Of a stretch of DNA of 64,000 nucleotides, positions 41,551-52,429 are shown piece after piece. The notes beneath the pieces are model-generated. The model saw nothing but the letters and a program-made list of their open reading frames with translations. It ran no database searches and was not told the origin of the DNA. The position numbers and the translations under genes were made by a program. Origin of the DNA: Halarcobacter sp. (GTDB taxonomy: Bacteria > Campylobacterota > Campylobacteria > Campylobacterales > Arcobacteraceae); contig OY781089.1 of the NCBI GenBank assembly GCA_963676565.1, positions 992,001-1,056,000 on the forward strand. Direction: 5' to 3'. How positions within the stretch are numbered: position 1 is the stretch's first letter; the number at the start of each line of letters is the position of its first letter.

Positions 41551-43056
41551 TTAGATTTGTCTCCACTTTTGTGGACCTGTTGTATGAATAGAATTACCTT
41601 CTGTATCAACGGCAACAGTAACAGGCATATCTTTTACTTCAAATTCGTAAATAGCTTCCATTCCCATCTCTTCAAATGCTAGCACTTTTGCATCTTTAAT
41701 AGATTGAGAAATTAAATAAGCTGCTCCACCAGTTGCAATAAGGTAAGTTGATTCATATTCTTTGATTAAATCAATAGTTGGTTGCTTTCTTTCAGCTTTA
41801 CCAATCATACCCATGATTCCAATCTCCATCATATCTTTTGTAAACTTATCCATTCTAGTTGATGTAGTTGGTCCTGCAGGTCCTACTTTTTCATCTCTAA
41901 CTGGATCAACTGGTCCAACATAGTAGATAAATCTATCTTTTAAGTCAACACCATTTGGAAGTGGTTTACCTGCATTTTTATACTCAACAATTTTTTTATG
42001 AGCTGCATCTCTTGCAGTTAAAATTTTTCCTGATAATAGTAAAGTATCTCCTGATTTAAACTCTTTTAATTTCTCTTTTGTTAAATCTTCAATATTTACT
42101 TTTTTAACACTATCCATTGGTAATTCTAAATCTGGCCAAAGGTCTAAATCTGGTTTTTCAAATTTTGCTGGTCCATTTCCATCAAGTTCAAAATGGATAT
42201 GTCTAGTAGCTGCACAGTTTGGAATCATAGCAACAGGAAGTGATGCTGCATGACATGGATAATCTAAAATTTTAACATCTAGAACTGTTGTTAATCCACC
42301 AAGTCCTTGTGCTCCAATTCCCATTTTGTTAATATCTTCGAAAAGTCTCAATCTTAACTCTTCTAAAGCGTTTTGAGGACCTCTTTCTTTTAGTTCATGA
42401 ATATCAACATGACCCATTAAAGCCTCTTTAGCTAATAGCATTGATTTTTCTGGATTACCACCAATACCAATACCTAAGATTCCTGGAGGACACCATCCTG
42501 CTCCCATACCTTCAATGTTTGACATAACCCAATCATATACGCTGTCAGATGGAGTTAATACTGTAAATTTAGATTTATTTTCACTCCCTCCACCTTTAGC
42601 TGCAATTGTAATGTCAATTTTGTCGCTTTGGGCATCTACACTAAAGTGAATAACTGCTGGTGTATTATTTTTAGTATTTGTTCTAGCTCCAGCTGGGTCT
42701 GCAACAACAGAGTATCTTAAAGTATTATCTGGGTCTGTATAACCTTTTGCTACACCTTCATTTAATACATCTTCAATTGGTCTTGAAATATCTAGATTTG
42801 CTTTTAAACCAACTTTTACAAAAAGATTTATACTTCCTGTATCTTGACAAATTGGTCTATGTCCTAGTGCACACATTTTAGAGTTAATTAAAATTTGTCC
42901 AATAGCATTTTTTGCTGCTTCTGATTCTTCTCTTTCATAAGCATCTACCATCCCTTTTACGAAATCTTCGGGATGGTAGTATGAAATATATTGACATGCG
43001 TCAGCAATACTTTGGATTAAATCCTGTTCGGTAATTACTTTTGTTTCTTCAGCCAT
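41551..43056 (-). CDS. Class I (Fe-S) fumarate hydratase, single chain
   Basis: PICQDTG, KGGGSEN, GWCPP, TARDAAH, AGPTTSTRM. Confidence 0.93.
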   Translation of the reverse strand: MAEETKVITEQDLIQSIADACQYISYYHPEDFVKGMVDAYEREESEAAKNAIGQILINSKMCALGHRPICQDTGSINLFVKVGLKANLDISRPIEDVLNEGVAKGYTDPDNTLRYSVVADPAGARTNTKNNTPAVIHFSVDAQSDKIDITIAAKGGGSENKSKFTVLTPSDSVYDWVMSNIEGMGAGWCPPGILGIGIGGNPEKSMLLAKEALMGHVDIHELKERGPQNALEELRLRLFEDINKMGIGAQGLGGLTTVLDVKILDYPCHAASLPVAMIPNCAATRHIHFELDGNGPAKFEKPDLDLWPDLELPMDSVKKVNIEDLTKEKLKEFKSGDTLLLSGKILTARDAAHKKIVEYKNAGKPLPNGVDLKDRFIYYVGPVDPVRDEKVGPAGPTTSTRMDKFTKDMMEIGIMGMIGKAERKQPTIDLIKEYESTYLIATGGAAYLISQSIKDAKVLAFEEMGMEAIYEFEVKDMPVTVAVDTEGNSIHTTGPQKWRQI

Positions 43057-43057
43057 A

Positions 43058-43780
43058 TTATGCTCCTTTAACAGTTGCTAACTTTCTTCTCATATAAGCA
43101 ATTTTGTTTTGTAATGGTAAGTGTTTAGGGCAAGTATCTTCACATCCAAGTAAAGTCATACAACCAAAGATACCATTATCATCACCAACTAACTCATAAT
43201 AATCGTCAGCTGTTCTTTCATCATGTGGGTCACATTCAAATCTTGCAATTCTATTAAGACCTACTGCCCCAACAAAATCTTCTTTTATAAGTTTTGTACC
43301 ACAACCAGCTACACAACATCCACACTCAATACATCTATCAAGTTCAAATACTTCATCTGCAACTTCAGGTTCAATTGGTTCTTCTAATTGTGAAATATCA
43401 ACTTCATGAGAAGTGTGAATCCAAGATTCAACTCTTTTTGACATCGCATCCATCCAAACACCAGTGTTTACTGAAAGGTCTTTGATTAGTTTAAATGTTG
43501 GTAGAGGTAATAACATGATTTCCTCTGGTAAATCTTTTGTTAAAGTTCTACAAGCTAATTTTGGTCTTCCATTAATCATCATTGCACAAGAACCACAAAT
43601 ACCAGCTCTACAAACGAAGTCGAATGAAAGACCAGCATCCATTGATTCTCTAATTTGAGTAAGAGCCAGATAGATAGTCATACTATCTGTCTCTGTAATT
43701 TTATAATCTTGAAAATATGGTTTTAAATCAGTTCCTTGAGGATTATATCTAAGAACTTTGATTGTCAATTCTCTAGCCAT
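43058..43780 (-). CDS. frdB: Fumarate reductase iron-sulfur subunit
   Basis: [33 protein letters not shown]. Confidence 0.96.
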   Translation of the reverse strand: MARELTIKVLRYNPQGTDLKPYFQDYKITETDSMTIYLALTQIRESMDAGLSFDFVCRAGICGSCAMMINGRPKLACRTLTKDLPEEIMLLPLPTFKLIKDLSVNTGVWMDAMSKRVESWIHTSHEVDISQLEEPIEPEVADEVFELDRCIECGCCVAGCGTKLIKEDFVGAVGLNRIARFECDPHDERTADDYYELVGDDNGIFGCMTLLGCEDTCPKHLPLQNKIAYMRRKLATVKGA

Positions 43781-45762
43781 TATTTTACTCCTAATCTTTG
43801 ATTTTTTCTTTTATATTCTGGTTGTAGTGGGAATGGCATTAGAGCATCTTGAATCTCATATCTATCTTTACCCTCAGCAGTTAATTTATCTGTTAACTCA
43901 TCAACCTCTTTTTGTCTAATTGCACTTAAATCATTTTCTATAATCATACCCTTAGCACCATAACCTCTAAATCCTGGAGGAATTTCCATAGTCATAATAT
44001 CTAGATCTTCATACTCAACTGTTGGCATAGTATCACCTTCTTTCCATGAAGTAAGTGTTCTTTTTAGCCAATTTGCATCATCTCTTTTTGGATAATCTTC
44101 TCTTGTGTGAGCCCCTCTAGATTCTGTTCTATCTAAAGCTCCTTTTGCTACACAAAGTGCTACTTTAAGCATCATTGGTACTCTATATGCTTCTTCTAAT
44201 TCAGGATTTGCACTTAATTGTTTATCTTTAATTCCAATATTTTTAGAAGCGATTAATAACTCTTCAAGTTCAGTAACAGCTTTTTGTAATCCTACACCAT
44301 CTCTAAAGATACCAACATACTCTTGCATTAATTTTTTCATTCTATTTTTGATTCTAAACACATCTTCTGTTCCATTTCTTGAAGCAAGCTCTTTCATATA
44401 ACTTTCTTTTTCATGAACAAACTTTTCAATTGTTTCAGTTTTAATATCAATTTGTGTTTCTAAACAATAATCTGCAAAATAGTTCCCAACAATCATACCT
44501 GCAACAACAGTTTCAGATACAGAGTTTCCTCCAAGTCTATTAAATCCATGCATATCCCAGCAAGCAGCTTCACCAGCAGAGAATAATCCAGCTAAAGTTG
44601 GAGATTCACCAGTTGGTTTTGTTCTAATACCACCCATAGAGTAGTGTTGCATTGGTAATACAGGAGCCCATCCTTTTGCACCTTCATCAGCTGGGTCAAT
44701 ACCTGCAAAGTATTCACAAATCTCTTGAACATCTCTTAGGTTTCTTTCAATATGTTCTCTACCTAAGATAGAAATATCTAACCATAAGTGTTTACCATAT
44801 GGAGAATCAACACCTTTACCTTTTCTAATATGCTCAATCATTCTTCTTGAAACAACATCTCTTGATGCTAAGTCTTTTTTCTCTGGCTCATAATCAGGCA
44901 TAAATCTGTGTCCATCTACATCTCTTAAAACACCACCATCACCTCTACAACCTTCTGTTAATAAAATACCAGATGGGAAAAGTGGAGTTGGGTGAAATTG
45001 AACTGCTTCCATGTTTCCAAGTTTTGCTACACCAGTTTCTAATGCGATAGCTGTACCAATACCTTCACAAATAACTGCATTTGTAGTGATTTCATAAACT
45101 CTACCATATCCACCAGTAGCAATAAGAGTACCTTTCGCAACGTAAGCCATAATATCACCAGTGATTAAATCTCTTACAATAGCACCATAACATCTATTAT
45201 TTTGGTGAATAAGTCCAATAGCTTCTTTTCTATCTTCAATATTTACATCTCTTTTTAATGCTTCATTTGCAACTGCAAAAAGCATTGTGTGACCTGTTGC
45301 ATCAGCTGTATAACAAGTTCTCCATTTTTTAGTACCACCGAAGTCCCTTGAATTAATAAGACCATGTTTGTCATCATCTTCATGGATAGTTGTTCTTTTT
45401 GTATTGATTACTGCTTCATGGTCACCTTTTTTAATTCTAGTCCAAGGCACACCCCAAGCTGCTAATTCTCTAATTGCTTTTGGCGCAACTGTTACGAACA
45501 TTCTTGCAACTTCTTGGTCACATCCCCAGTCAGAACCTTTTACTGTATCTGTAAAGTGAACGTCTTCATTATCACCTTCAGACATTTTTGCATTACCTAA
45601 ACTTGCTTGCATCCCACCTTGAGCTGCAGCACTGTGAGATCTTTTTACTGGACAAAGGCTTAAAACCGTTGTACTAAGTCCCTTTTGAGCACAGGCAACT
45701 CCGGCTCTTAAACCAGCTAGACCTCCACCTATAACTAATGAATCACAATATTTAATTATCAT
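43780..45762 (-). CDS. frdA: Fumarate reductase flavoprotein subunit
   Basis: [16 protein letters not shown] (covalent-FAD His), [29 protein letters not shown]. Confidence 0.97.
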   Translation of the reverse strand: MIIKYCDSLVIGGGLAGLRAGVACAQKGLSTTVLSLCPVKRSHSAAAQGGMQASLGNAKMSEGDNEDVHFTDTVKGSDWGCDQEVARMFVTVAPKAIRELAAWGVPWTRIKKGDHEAVINTKRTTIHEDDDKHGLINSRDFGGTKKWRTCYTADATGHTMLFAVANEALKRDVNIEDRKEAIGLIHQNNRCYGAIVRDLITGDIMAYVAKGTLIATGGYGRVYEITTNAVICEGIGTAIALETGVAKLGNMEAVQFHPTPLFPSGILLTEGCRGDGGVLRDVDGHRFMPDYEPEKKDLASRDVVSRRMIEHIRKGKGVDSPYGKHLWLDISILGREHIERNLRDVQEICEYFAGIDPADEGAKGWAPVLPMQHYSMGGIRTKPTGESPTLAGLFSAGEAACWDMHGFNRLGGNSVSETVVAGMIVGNYFADYCLETQIDIKTETIEKFVHEKESYMKELASRNGTEDVFRIKNRMKKLMQEYVGIFRDGVGLQKAVTELEELLIASKNIGIKDKQLSANPELEEAYRVPMMLKVALCVAKGALDRTESRGAHTREDYPKRDDANWLKRTLTSWKEGDTMPTVEYEDLDIMTMEIPPGFRGYGAKGMIIENDLSAIRQKEVDELTDKLTAEGKDRYEIQDALMPFPLQPEYKRKNQRLGVK

Positions 45763-45792
45763 TTTTATACCTTTTAATACTTTTTTCTATTC

Positions 45793-46560
45793 TTATTTTT
45801 CTAAAACTTTTGAATGAGAAGTTGGTACATATTTTTCACCAACATTGTCACTATGCTCAATACCAATTTTGATATATGCTAATAATGTAATAACACCTAA
45901 AGTCATGAAGAAATAGCTAAGTAATTTTTTTACATTTAAAAGTTTTGCTCTAGTTTCTTTTGGATTAGCTCCATCAAACCATCCCCATTTCATTGCAGCT
46001 CTATAAAGCCCAACTGAACCATGGATTTCAACACAAATTAATAAAACCATATATAAAAGCCACATGTGCTCACTTACAACTCTATCTGCACTTGCATATG
46101 GTCCGATATTTTGTGGTTGTGTAAACATGATATATAAGTGAATAGTTGCAGCAAACATCATTATTAAACCTGAAATCCATTGGAACATCCACATTGATGT
46201 ATCTTTATGATTCATTAATTTTGCATGTTCTCTAACTTTGATATATGTTTTATAAGATGTAGGGAATTTTCTAACACCTAAAATTGCATGAACAATAAAT
46301 ATTGCAGAAATTATTGCAACAAAAATAGAAACTATAAAAGGAATTCCTCCATCAAAGATGAAACTTAATTCAAACGCTTTTGTAACAGCGTGCATTACAT
46401 CTTTACCTAATAATATTGTTGATACGAACATCATATGTCCCATCATAAAAAGTGCTAAAATCACACCAGAAGCTGTCAGCCATTTATCTAATTTAGCAGG
46501 TGTTCTACTTTTTTTACCTTCAGTAGTAACATCTGTATAGGCTTCAATAACTCTATCCAT
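45793..46560 (-). CDS. frdC: Fumarate reductase dihaem cytochrome b subunit
   Basis: 5 TM helices with His ligands (VHAILG, TIHLY, EIHGSVGLYR), KWGWF; Wolinella-type frdCAB order. Confidence 0.93.
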   Translation of the reverse strand: MDRVIEAYTDVTTEGKKSRTPAKLDKWLTASGVILALFMMGHMMFVSTILLGKDVMHAVTKAFELSFIFDGGIPFIVSIFVAIISAIFIVHAILGVRKFPTSYKTYIKVREHAKLMNHKDTSMWMFQWISGLIMMFAATIHLYIMFTQPQNIGPYASADRVVSEHMWLLYMVLLICVEIHGSVGLYRAAMKWGWFDGANPKETRAKLLNVKKLLSYFFMTLGVITLLAYIKIGIEHSDNVGEKYVPTSHSKVLEK

Positions 46561-46598
46561 TTTGTCTCCTTTGAGAAATTTTATGTTTTGATTGTGGA

Positions 46599-46630
46599 AG
46601 TTTACATAGACAAAATGACTTTAAAGTGAT
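46599..46630 (-). promoter_or_regulatory. Tandem box ATCAC-N6-GTCAT, 10 nt, then TAAACT (-10), upstream of frdC
   Basis: Shares CACnnTAAAGTCA and spacing with the DASS promoter. Confidence 0.55.
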
Positions 46631-46719
46631 GTCATTGAAAAAAATAAACTTATTTTTAAAATTAAGTTAGATTTTATTTTAAGTGAAAATTAGTTTTTAT
46701 TGAGGGGTAATTTTATGTT

Positions 46720-46747
46720 TCAAAGTAGTATAAAAATACTACTTTGA
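46720..46747. terminator. Hairpin overlapping the stop of the AGCS gene
   Basis: TCAAAGTAGTAT-aaaa-ATACTACTTTGA. Confidence 0.55.
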
Positions 46748-48064
46748 TTTAAAATATCTATTCGTTTCATCTGTTATTACTTTAGATAAAACAAGTAAAG
46801 CGATTAAGTTTGGAATTGCCATAAGTCCATTTGCTAAGTCAGAAAAGTTCCAAACAAGTTTAAGTTCCGTCATCGCTCCAACAACTATAAAACTTACAAA
46901 AATTATTCTATATATTTTTATAGAACTATCTCCAAAAATATATTCAAAGGCTCTTTCACCATAATATGACCATCCAAGGATAGTTGAATAACCAAATAAA
47001 ACTGTAGCTAAAACTACAATAATAGCTCCAAAATCACCTAAGAAAAATTCAAAACTTTTTAAAGTTAATTCCCCTGCATTTACACCAGTTGTCCAAATTG
47101 GAGCCATTAATATAATTAAAGCTGTCATAGTACATACAATTAATGTATCAATAAAAGTTTGAGTCATTGATACTAATGCTTGTTTTACTGGATCATTTGT
47201 TTTTGCAGCAGCTGCTGCAATTGGAGCAGAACCTAGTCCTGATTCATTTGAAAATACCCCCCTTGCAATACCATATCTAATAGCAGCTGCTACAGCTGCT
47301 CCTGCAAAACCTCCACCAGCTGCTATAGGATTAAACGCATGATAAAATATAAGATAAAAAGCATCACCAACTTTGTCAAAATTTAAAATAATAATTGTAA
47401 TTGATGCTAGGAAATAGACTAAAATCATAAAAGGGATTAAAAATGAGGTTGTTTTCCCTATTGATTTAATACCTCCAATTATTACAAATGAAGTAATCAT
47501 TAAAAGAATAACTCCTGTCAACCACATAGGAATTGAAAATTGAGAAAAGATAGCATTTGCAACTGCATTTGCTTGAGTCATATTCCCAATACCAAAGGAA
47601 GCTAAAACAGTAAATATGGCAAAAAGAAAAGCTAATTTTGGCATATTTGCACCCTTTGTAAGATAATACATAGGCCCACCTTTAAAGCCGTTTTCCCCTT
47701 CTTCTCTATATTTAACAGCTAAAATAGCTTCAGAGTATTTTGTTGCCATTCCAACTAAACCTGTAACCCACATCCAAAAAACAGCACCTGGTCCACCAAA
47801 AGTAATAGCAGTAGCAACACCAACAATATTTCCAATACCAACTGTAGCAGCAAGTGCTGTCATTAAAGCTTGAAAGTGAGTAATATCACCTTCACCATCT
47901 TCCTCTTTTGTGAAAATCAATTTTACAGCATGTCCCAATGCCCAAAATTGCATCCCTTTTAATCTGATACTTAAGTATAAACCTGTACCTACAAGAAGAA
48001 CTAACATTGGTACTCCCCAAACAAAGCTAGAAGCACTTGATATAATCTCATCTAAAAATTCCAT
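46739..48064 (-). CDS. Alanine/glycine:cation symporter (AGCS family)
   Basis: ALAATVGIGNIVGVA, GGPGAVFWMW, RGVFSNESGLGS, FIDTLIVC. Confidence 0.95.
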   Translation of the reverse strand: MEFLDEIISSASSFVWGVPMLVLLVGTGLYLSIRLKGMQFWALGHAVKLIFTKEEDGEGDITHFQALMTALAATVGIGNIVGVATAITFGGPGAVFWMWVTGLVGMATKYSEAILAVKYREEGENGFKGGPMYYLTKGANMPKLAFLFAIFTVLASFGIGNMTQANAVANAIFSQFSIPMWLTGVILLMITSFVIIGGIKSIGKTTSFLIPFMILVYFLASITIIILNFDKVGDAFYLIFYHAFNPIAAGGGFAGAAVAAAIRYGIARGVFSNESGLGSAPIAAAAAKTNDPVKQALVSMTQTFIDTLIVCTMTALIILMAPIWTTGVNAGELTLKSFEFFLGDFGAIIVVLATVLFGYSTILGWSYYGERAFEYIFGDSSIKIYRIIFVSFIVVGAMTELKLVWNFSDLANGLMAIPNLIALLVLSKVITDETNRYFKSK

Positions 48065-48321
48065 TATACGTCCTTTTTTTATAAAGCTTTGATTTTAGCT
48101 TAAATTTAGTTAAGAAAAATTAAATAATAAAATTGTTAAAGAGAATACATACTAAAAAAATAGTTTAATACGATAAAAATTACTAAAGGAAAAATATTAT
48201 CCATTAAATTGATTTTAATTAACCTATTACTTAAAAAAGATTAGGTATTATATCACCTTTCAAATAGGTGCTTGAAATTATGGACAATTTTTCATTAGTA
48301 TAAACAAGAAAGGATTATTTT

Positions 48322-49251
48322 ATGTTAGATTTAGCAATTATTGGTGGAGGTCCTGCAGGACTTACAGCAGGTTTATACGCAACTAGAGGTGGTTTAAAAA
48401 ACGTAACAATGTTTGAAATGGGAATGCCAGGTGGACAGATTACTGGAAGTTCAGAGATTGAAAACTACCCAGGTCAAGGTGAGATTATGTCTGGTATGGA
48501 CTTAATGGCTAATTGGCCAGAACAAGCTATGAAATTTGGTTTAAAGCATGAGATGAATCAAGTATCAAATGTAGTAAAAGAGGGAGATATCTTCAAAGTT
48601 ACTACTGCAGATGGTAATACTCAAGAAGCAAAAACTGTATTATTAGCAACTGGTTCTGTTCCAAGACGTGCAGGATTTAAAGGTGAAAATGAGTTTTTTG
48701 GTAGAGGTATTTCTACTTGTGCAACTTGTGATGGTTTCTTCTACAAAGGTAAAGAAGTAGCTGTTATTGGTGGTGGTGATTCTGCTATTGAAGAGGCAGT
48801 ATATTTATCTAAAATTTGTTCAAAAGTTTATCTTGTACACAGAAGAGATACTTATAGAGCAGCACCAAGTACAATTGAACACATGAAAGCTTGTGAAAAT
48901 ATAGAAGAAGTAACTAATGTTATGGTAGAAGAAGTTTATGGTGATGCAATGGGTGTTACTGGACTTAAAGTAAAAAATAGAGATACTGAAGAGATTAGAG
49001 ATTTACCAGTTCCTGGTGTATTTGTATTTGTAGGTAGGGATGTTTTAAATGAACCAATCAAACAAGAAGATGGAAGCTTTTTATGTGATGTTAATGAACA
49101 AGGTGAGCTTATTGTTGATTTAAAAATGAAAACATCAACTCCTGGTTTATTTGCAGCTGGAGATGTAAGAATTGATGCAGCAAAACAAGTTGTATGTGCA
49201 GCAGGTGATGGTGCAACAGCAGCTGTTAATATTATTGAATATATTGGATAA
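48322..49251 (+). CDS. trxB: Thioredoxin reductase
   Basis: GGGPAG, ENYPG, CATCDG, GGGDSA, HRRD. Confidence 0.97.
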   Translation: MLDLAIIGGGPAGLTAGLYATRGGLKNVTMFEMGMPGGQITGSSEIENYPGQGEIMSGMDLMANWPEQAMKFGLKHEMNQVSNVVKEGDIFKVTTADGNTQEAKTVLLATGSVPRRAGFKGENEFFGRGISTCATCDGFFYKGKEVAVIGGGDSAIEEAVYLSKICSKVYLVHRRDTYRAAPSTIEHMKACENIEEVTNVMVEEVYGDAMGVTGLKVKNRDTEEIRDLPVPGVFVFVGRDVLNEPIKQEDGSFLCDVNEQGELIVDLKMKTSTPGLFAAGDVRIDAAKQVVCAAGDGATAAVNIIEYIG

Positions 49252-49270
49252 AAGAAAAGGAAAATAACGT

Positions 49271-50044
49271 ATGATTAATGTAGGTGTAGTAGGAAGTACA
49301 GGTAGAGTTGGTTCTTTATTAATTGATGATTTGCAAAGTGATGAACAAGCACAACTTTCTGCTTGTCATGTTTTTGATGAATTAAAAAAGAGCGTTCCAG
49401 AAGGTACAGTAGTGACAAATGAGATGAAAATTTTATTAGAATCTTCAGATGTTGTTATTGATTTTTCTGCTCCAGTTGCAACAGAAAGCTTACTTACAGA
49501 GATTGTTGAAAATGGTGGTAATAAACCATTAGTTATTGCTACAACTGGATTTAATAAACATCAGCAAAACTTACTTTTAGAAGCCAGTAAAAAAGTACCT
49601 ATTTTATATGCAACAAACATGAGTTTAGGTGTTGCCGTTTTAAATAAGCTTGTTTCACTTGCAAGTAAAACTTTAAGAGAGTTTGATTGTGAAATTGTTG
49701 AACAACACCATAGACATAAAGTTGACTCGCCATCTGGAACTGCATTAACTTTAGCAGAACATGCTGCAAGAGCAAGAGATCTTGATTTAGATTCTGTAAG
49801 AGTTTCAGGCAGAGATGGAGTTATTGGTGCAAGAACAAAAGATGAAATTGGTGTAATGAGTTTAAGAGGTGGTGATATCGTAGGACGTCACACAGTAGGT
49901 CTTTACAATGATGGAGAGTTTATAGAACTTCACCACACTGCAACCTCAAGAAATACTTTTTCAAAAGGTGCAATAAAAGCAGCGAAGTGGCTTGTTAATC
50001 AAGAGCCAGGATTATATTCAATTAATGACTGTTTAGGTCTATAA
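49271..50044 (+). CDS. dapB: 4-hydroxy-tetrahydrodipicolinate reductase
   Basis: IDFS, ATTG, NMSLG, EQHHRHKVDSPSGTA, RGGDIVGRH. Confidence 0.97.
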   Translation: MINVGVVGSTGRVGSLLIDDLQSDEQAQLSACHVFDELKKSVPEGTVVTNEMKILLESSDVVIDFSAPVATESLLTEIVENGGNKPLVIATTGFNKHQQNLLLEASKKVPILYATNMSLGVAVLNKLVSLASKTLREFDCEIVEQHHRHKVDSPSGTALTLAEHAARARDLDLDSVRVSGRDGVIGARTKDEIGVMSLRGGDIVGRHTVGLYNDGEFIELHHTATSRNTFSKGAIKAAKWLVNQEPGLYSINDCLGL

Positions 50045-50070
50045 AATTTAAATAGGATAAGATAAATCAT

Positions 50071-51420
50071 ATGTGCGCAATAGTTGGAATTTATGGAAAT
50101 GATAATGCGGCAAGACTAGCTTCTTTAGCTCTTTTTGCAATGCAACACAGGGGGCAGGAAGCTACAGGAATCTCTTCTTCTTTTGAGGGTAAAATTTATA
50201 CAAAAAAAGATAGAGGTTTAGTATCTGAGGTATTTGATGAGAAGGCATTGTCTTACTTAAAAGGTAATATGGCAATAGGTCATAATAGATACTCAACAGC
50301 AGGTGGAGATTCTATTTTAGATGCTCAACCTGTTTATGCGAAATATAAATTAGGTGAAATCTCAATTGTTCATAATGGAAACCTGATTAATAAAAATCAA
50401 GTTAGAAATGAACTAATTAACAATGGGGCAATTTTTCAAACTGGAATGGATACTGAAAACCTAATTCATCTTATTGCTAAAAACTCAAAAGATAGATTAA
50501 GAGATAGAATTGTTGAAGCTTTAGAAAAAACTATTGGAGCATATTGTTTTATTATCCAATCAAGAAATAAACAATTTGTAATTAGAGATAGATATGGAAT
50601 TAGGCCTTTATCTTTAGGAAAATTAAAAACTGGTGGATATATAGTTGCAAGTGAAACTTGCGCTTTTGAACTTGTTGATGCTGAATTTATACGAGATATT
50701 AGACCAGGAGAGATGCTTATTTTCTCTGATAAAACAGATGAATTAGAATCAATTCAATTATTTGAACCAGAATTTAGACCATGCGCCTTTGAATATGTAT
50801 ATTTTGCTAGACCTGATTCTGTTATTGATGGGAAAAATGTTTATACAACTAGAGAAAATATGGGTAGAACATTGGCAAAAAATGATAAAGGTAATGGAAT
50901 TAAAGTTGATATGGTTGTTCCTGTTCCTGACTCAGGAGTTCCAGCAGCTTTAGGATATTCAAATGAAAGTGGAGTGGATTTTAAATATGGAATTATTAGA
51001 AATCACTACGTAGGTAGAACTTTTATTGAACCAACTCAAGAGATGAGAAGCATGAAAGTTAAAATGAAACTTTCTCCTATGAGATCATTAATTGAAGGAA
51101 AATCTTTACTTGTAATTGATGATTCGATAGTTAGAGGAACAACTTCAAAAAGAATTGTAAGAATGCTAAAGGAAGCTGGAGCTAAAGAAGTTCACTTTAG
51201 AGTAGCGTCTCCTGAAATCAAATATCCATGTTATTACGGAATTGACACACCTTCAAAAGAAGAGTTAATTTCAAGTAGAATGACTAAAGATGAAGTTTGT
51301 GAATATATTGAAGCAGATACTTTAGAATATCTATCTATAGATGATTTAAAAAATTCAATTGGTACAGGTACAAATTACGCATTAGAGAGTTTTGACGGTG
51401 ACTATTTCGTTAGAAAATAA
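50071..51420 (+). CDS. purF: Amidophosphoribosyltransferase
   Basis: N-terminal MC, QHRGQE, GHNRYST, FEYVYFARPDS, IDDSIVRGTT. Confidence 0.98.
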   Translation: MCAIVGIYGNDNAARLASLALFAMQHRGQEATGISSSFEGKIYTKKDRGLVSEVFDEKALSYLKGNMAIGHNRYSTAGGDSILDAQPVYAKYKLGEISIVHNGNLINKNQVRNELINNGAIFQTGMDTENLIHLIAKNSKDRLRDRIVEALEKTIGAYCFIIQSRNKQFVIRDRYGIRPLSLGKLKTGGYIVASETCAFELVDAEFIRDIRPGEMLIFSDKTDELESIQLFEPEFRPCAFEYVYFARPDSVIDGKNVYTTRENMGRTLAKNDKGNGIKVDMVVPVPDSGVPAALGYSNESGVDFKYGIIRNHYVGRTFIEPTQEMRSMKVKMKLSPMRSLIEGKSLLVIDDSIVRGTTSKRIVRMLKEAGAKEVHFRVASPEIKYPCYYGIDTPSKEELISSRMTKDEVCEYIEADTLEYLSIDDLKNSIGTGTNYALESFDGDYFVRK

Positions 51421-52399
51421 GGGAAAGTCAATTAATAAAATCAAAAATAAAGAAGTTCTAACAATAGGAAGATACTTCAGAGAAAAATTTGGTGAAACAG
51501 TTTATAAAACTCCTATATCAATATCAGGATTTACTTGTCCTAATATTGATGGTACTGTTGCAAAGGGTGGATGCACCTTTTGTGAAAATGATTCCTTTTC
51601 ACCAAATTTGCAAGAGAAAAAACCAAGCTTTAAACTTAATCCTAGAGTTAAAGAAAATCCTTTTTTAGATAATCAATTAAAACAATTAGAACTACAATTT
51701 AATGCAACAAAACAAAGACTTAGTAATAAATTTGGTGCAAATAAATTTATAGTATATTTTCAATCTTTTACAAACACTTATGCTCCTATTGAAACATTAA
51801 AAGCTTTATATACAAAAGCACTTTCTTTTGATAATGTAATAGGTCTTTCAATTGGAACAAGAACTGATTGTATGACAGATGAAATTTTAGATTTTTTGGA
51901 AGAATTGAATAAAGATAAAGAGATTTGGGTTGAATATGGAATTCAATCTTTTTATGATGAAACCTTGGAAAAAATTAATAGGGGTGATGATTCATCAAAT
52001 ATGTTTAAATGGATTAACAAAACTAAACAAAGAGGTTTGAAAGTTTGCGGGCATTTAATTTATGGACTTCCTGGAGAAGACCAAAAAATGATGTTAGATA
52101 GTTTTGAAAAAACCCTTGAGTTAAAAGTAGATTCCATTAAATTTCATCCTTTATATGTAGTAAAAAATACTTTATTAACAAAAGATTATAAAAAAGGAAA
52201 TTTTACACCAATATCTGAAGACTTATATGTTGATACTGTAGTTAAATCAATCAAAAATTTACCAGATAATGTGTCAGTTCAAAGGGTTACTGCTGGAATT
52301 GATGATTCTACTTTATTGTCACCAATGTGGTGTAAAGACAAACATTCTCAAATAAGTAAGATTAGAAAAGCTTTAATAAAAGAGGGATTAAAGTATTAG
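51392..52399 (+). CDS. TIGR01212/YhcC-family radical SAM protein (start uncertain)
   Basis: GFTCPNIDG...GGCTFC, YFQSFTNTY, IGTRTDC, EYGIQS, HLIYGLP. Confidence 0.9.
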   Translation: MTVTISLENKGKSINKIKNKEVLTIGRYFREKFGETVYKTPISISGFTCPNIDGTVAKGGCTFCENDSFSPNLQEKKPSFKLNPRVKENPFLDNQLKQLELQFNATKQRLSNKFGANKFIVYFQSFTNTYAPIETLKALYTKALSFDNVIGLSIGTRTDCMTDEILDFLEELNKDKEIWVEYGIQSFYDETLEKINRGDDSSNMFKWINKTKQRGLKVCGHLIYGLPGEDQKMMLDSFEKTLELKVDSIKFHPLYVVKNTLLTKDYKKGNFTPISEDLYVDTVVKSIKNLPDNVSVQRVTAGIDDSTLLSPMWCKDKHSQISKIRKALIKEGLKY

Positions 52400-52403
52400 A
52401 AGT

Positions 52404-52429
52404 AATACTAAGAGATAACTCTTAGTATT
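52404..52429. terminator. Bidirectional hairpin between convergent genes
   Basis: AATACTAAGAG-ataa-CTCTTAGTATT. Confidence 0.65.
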
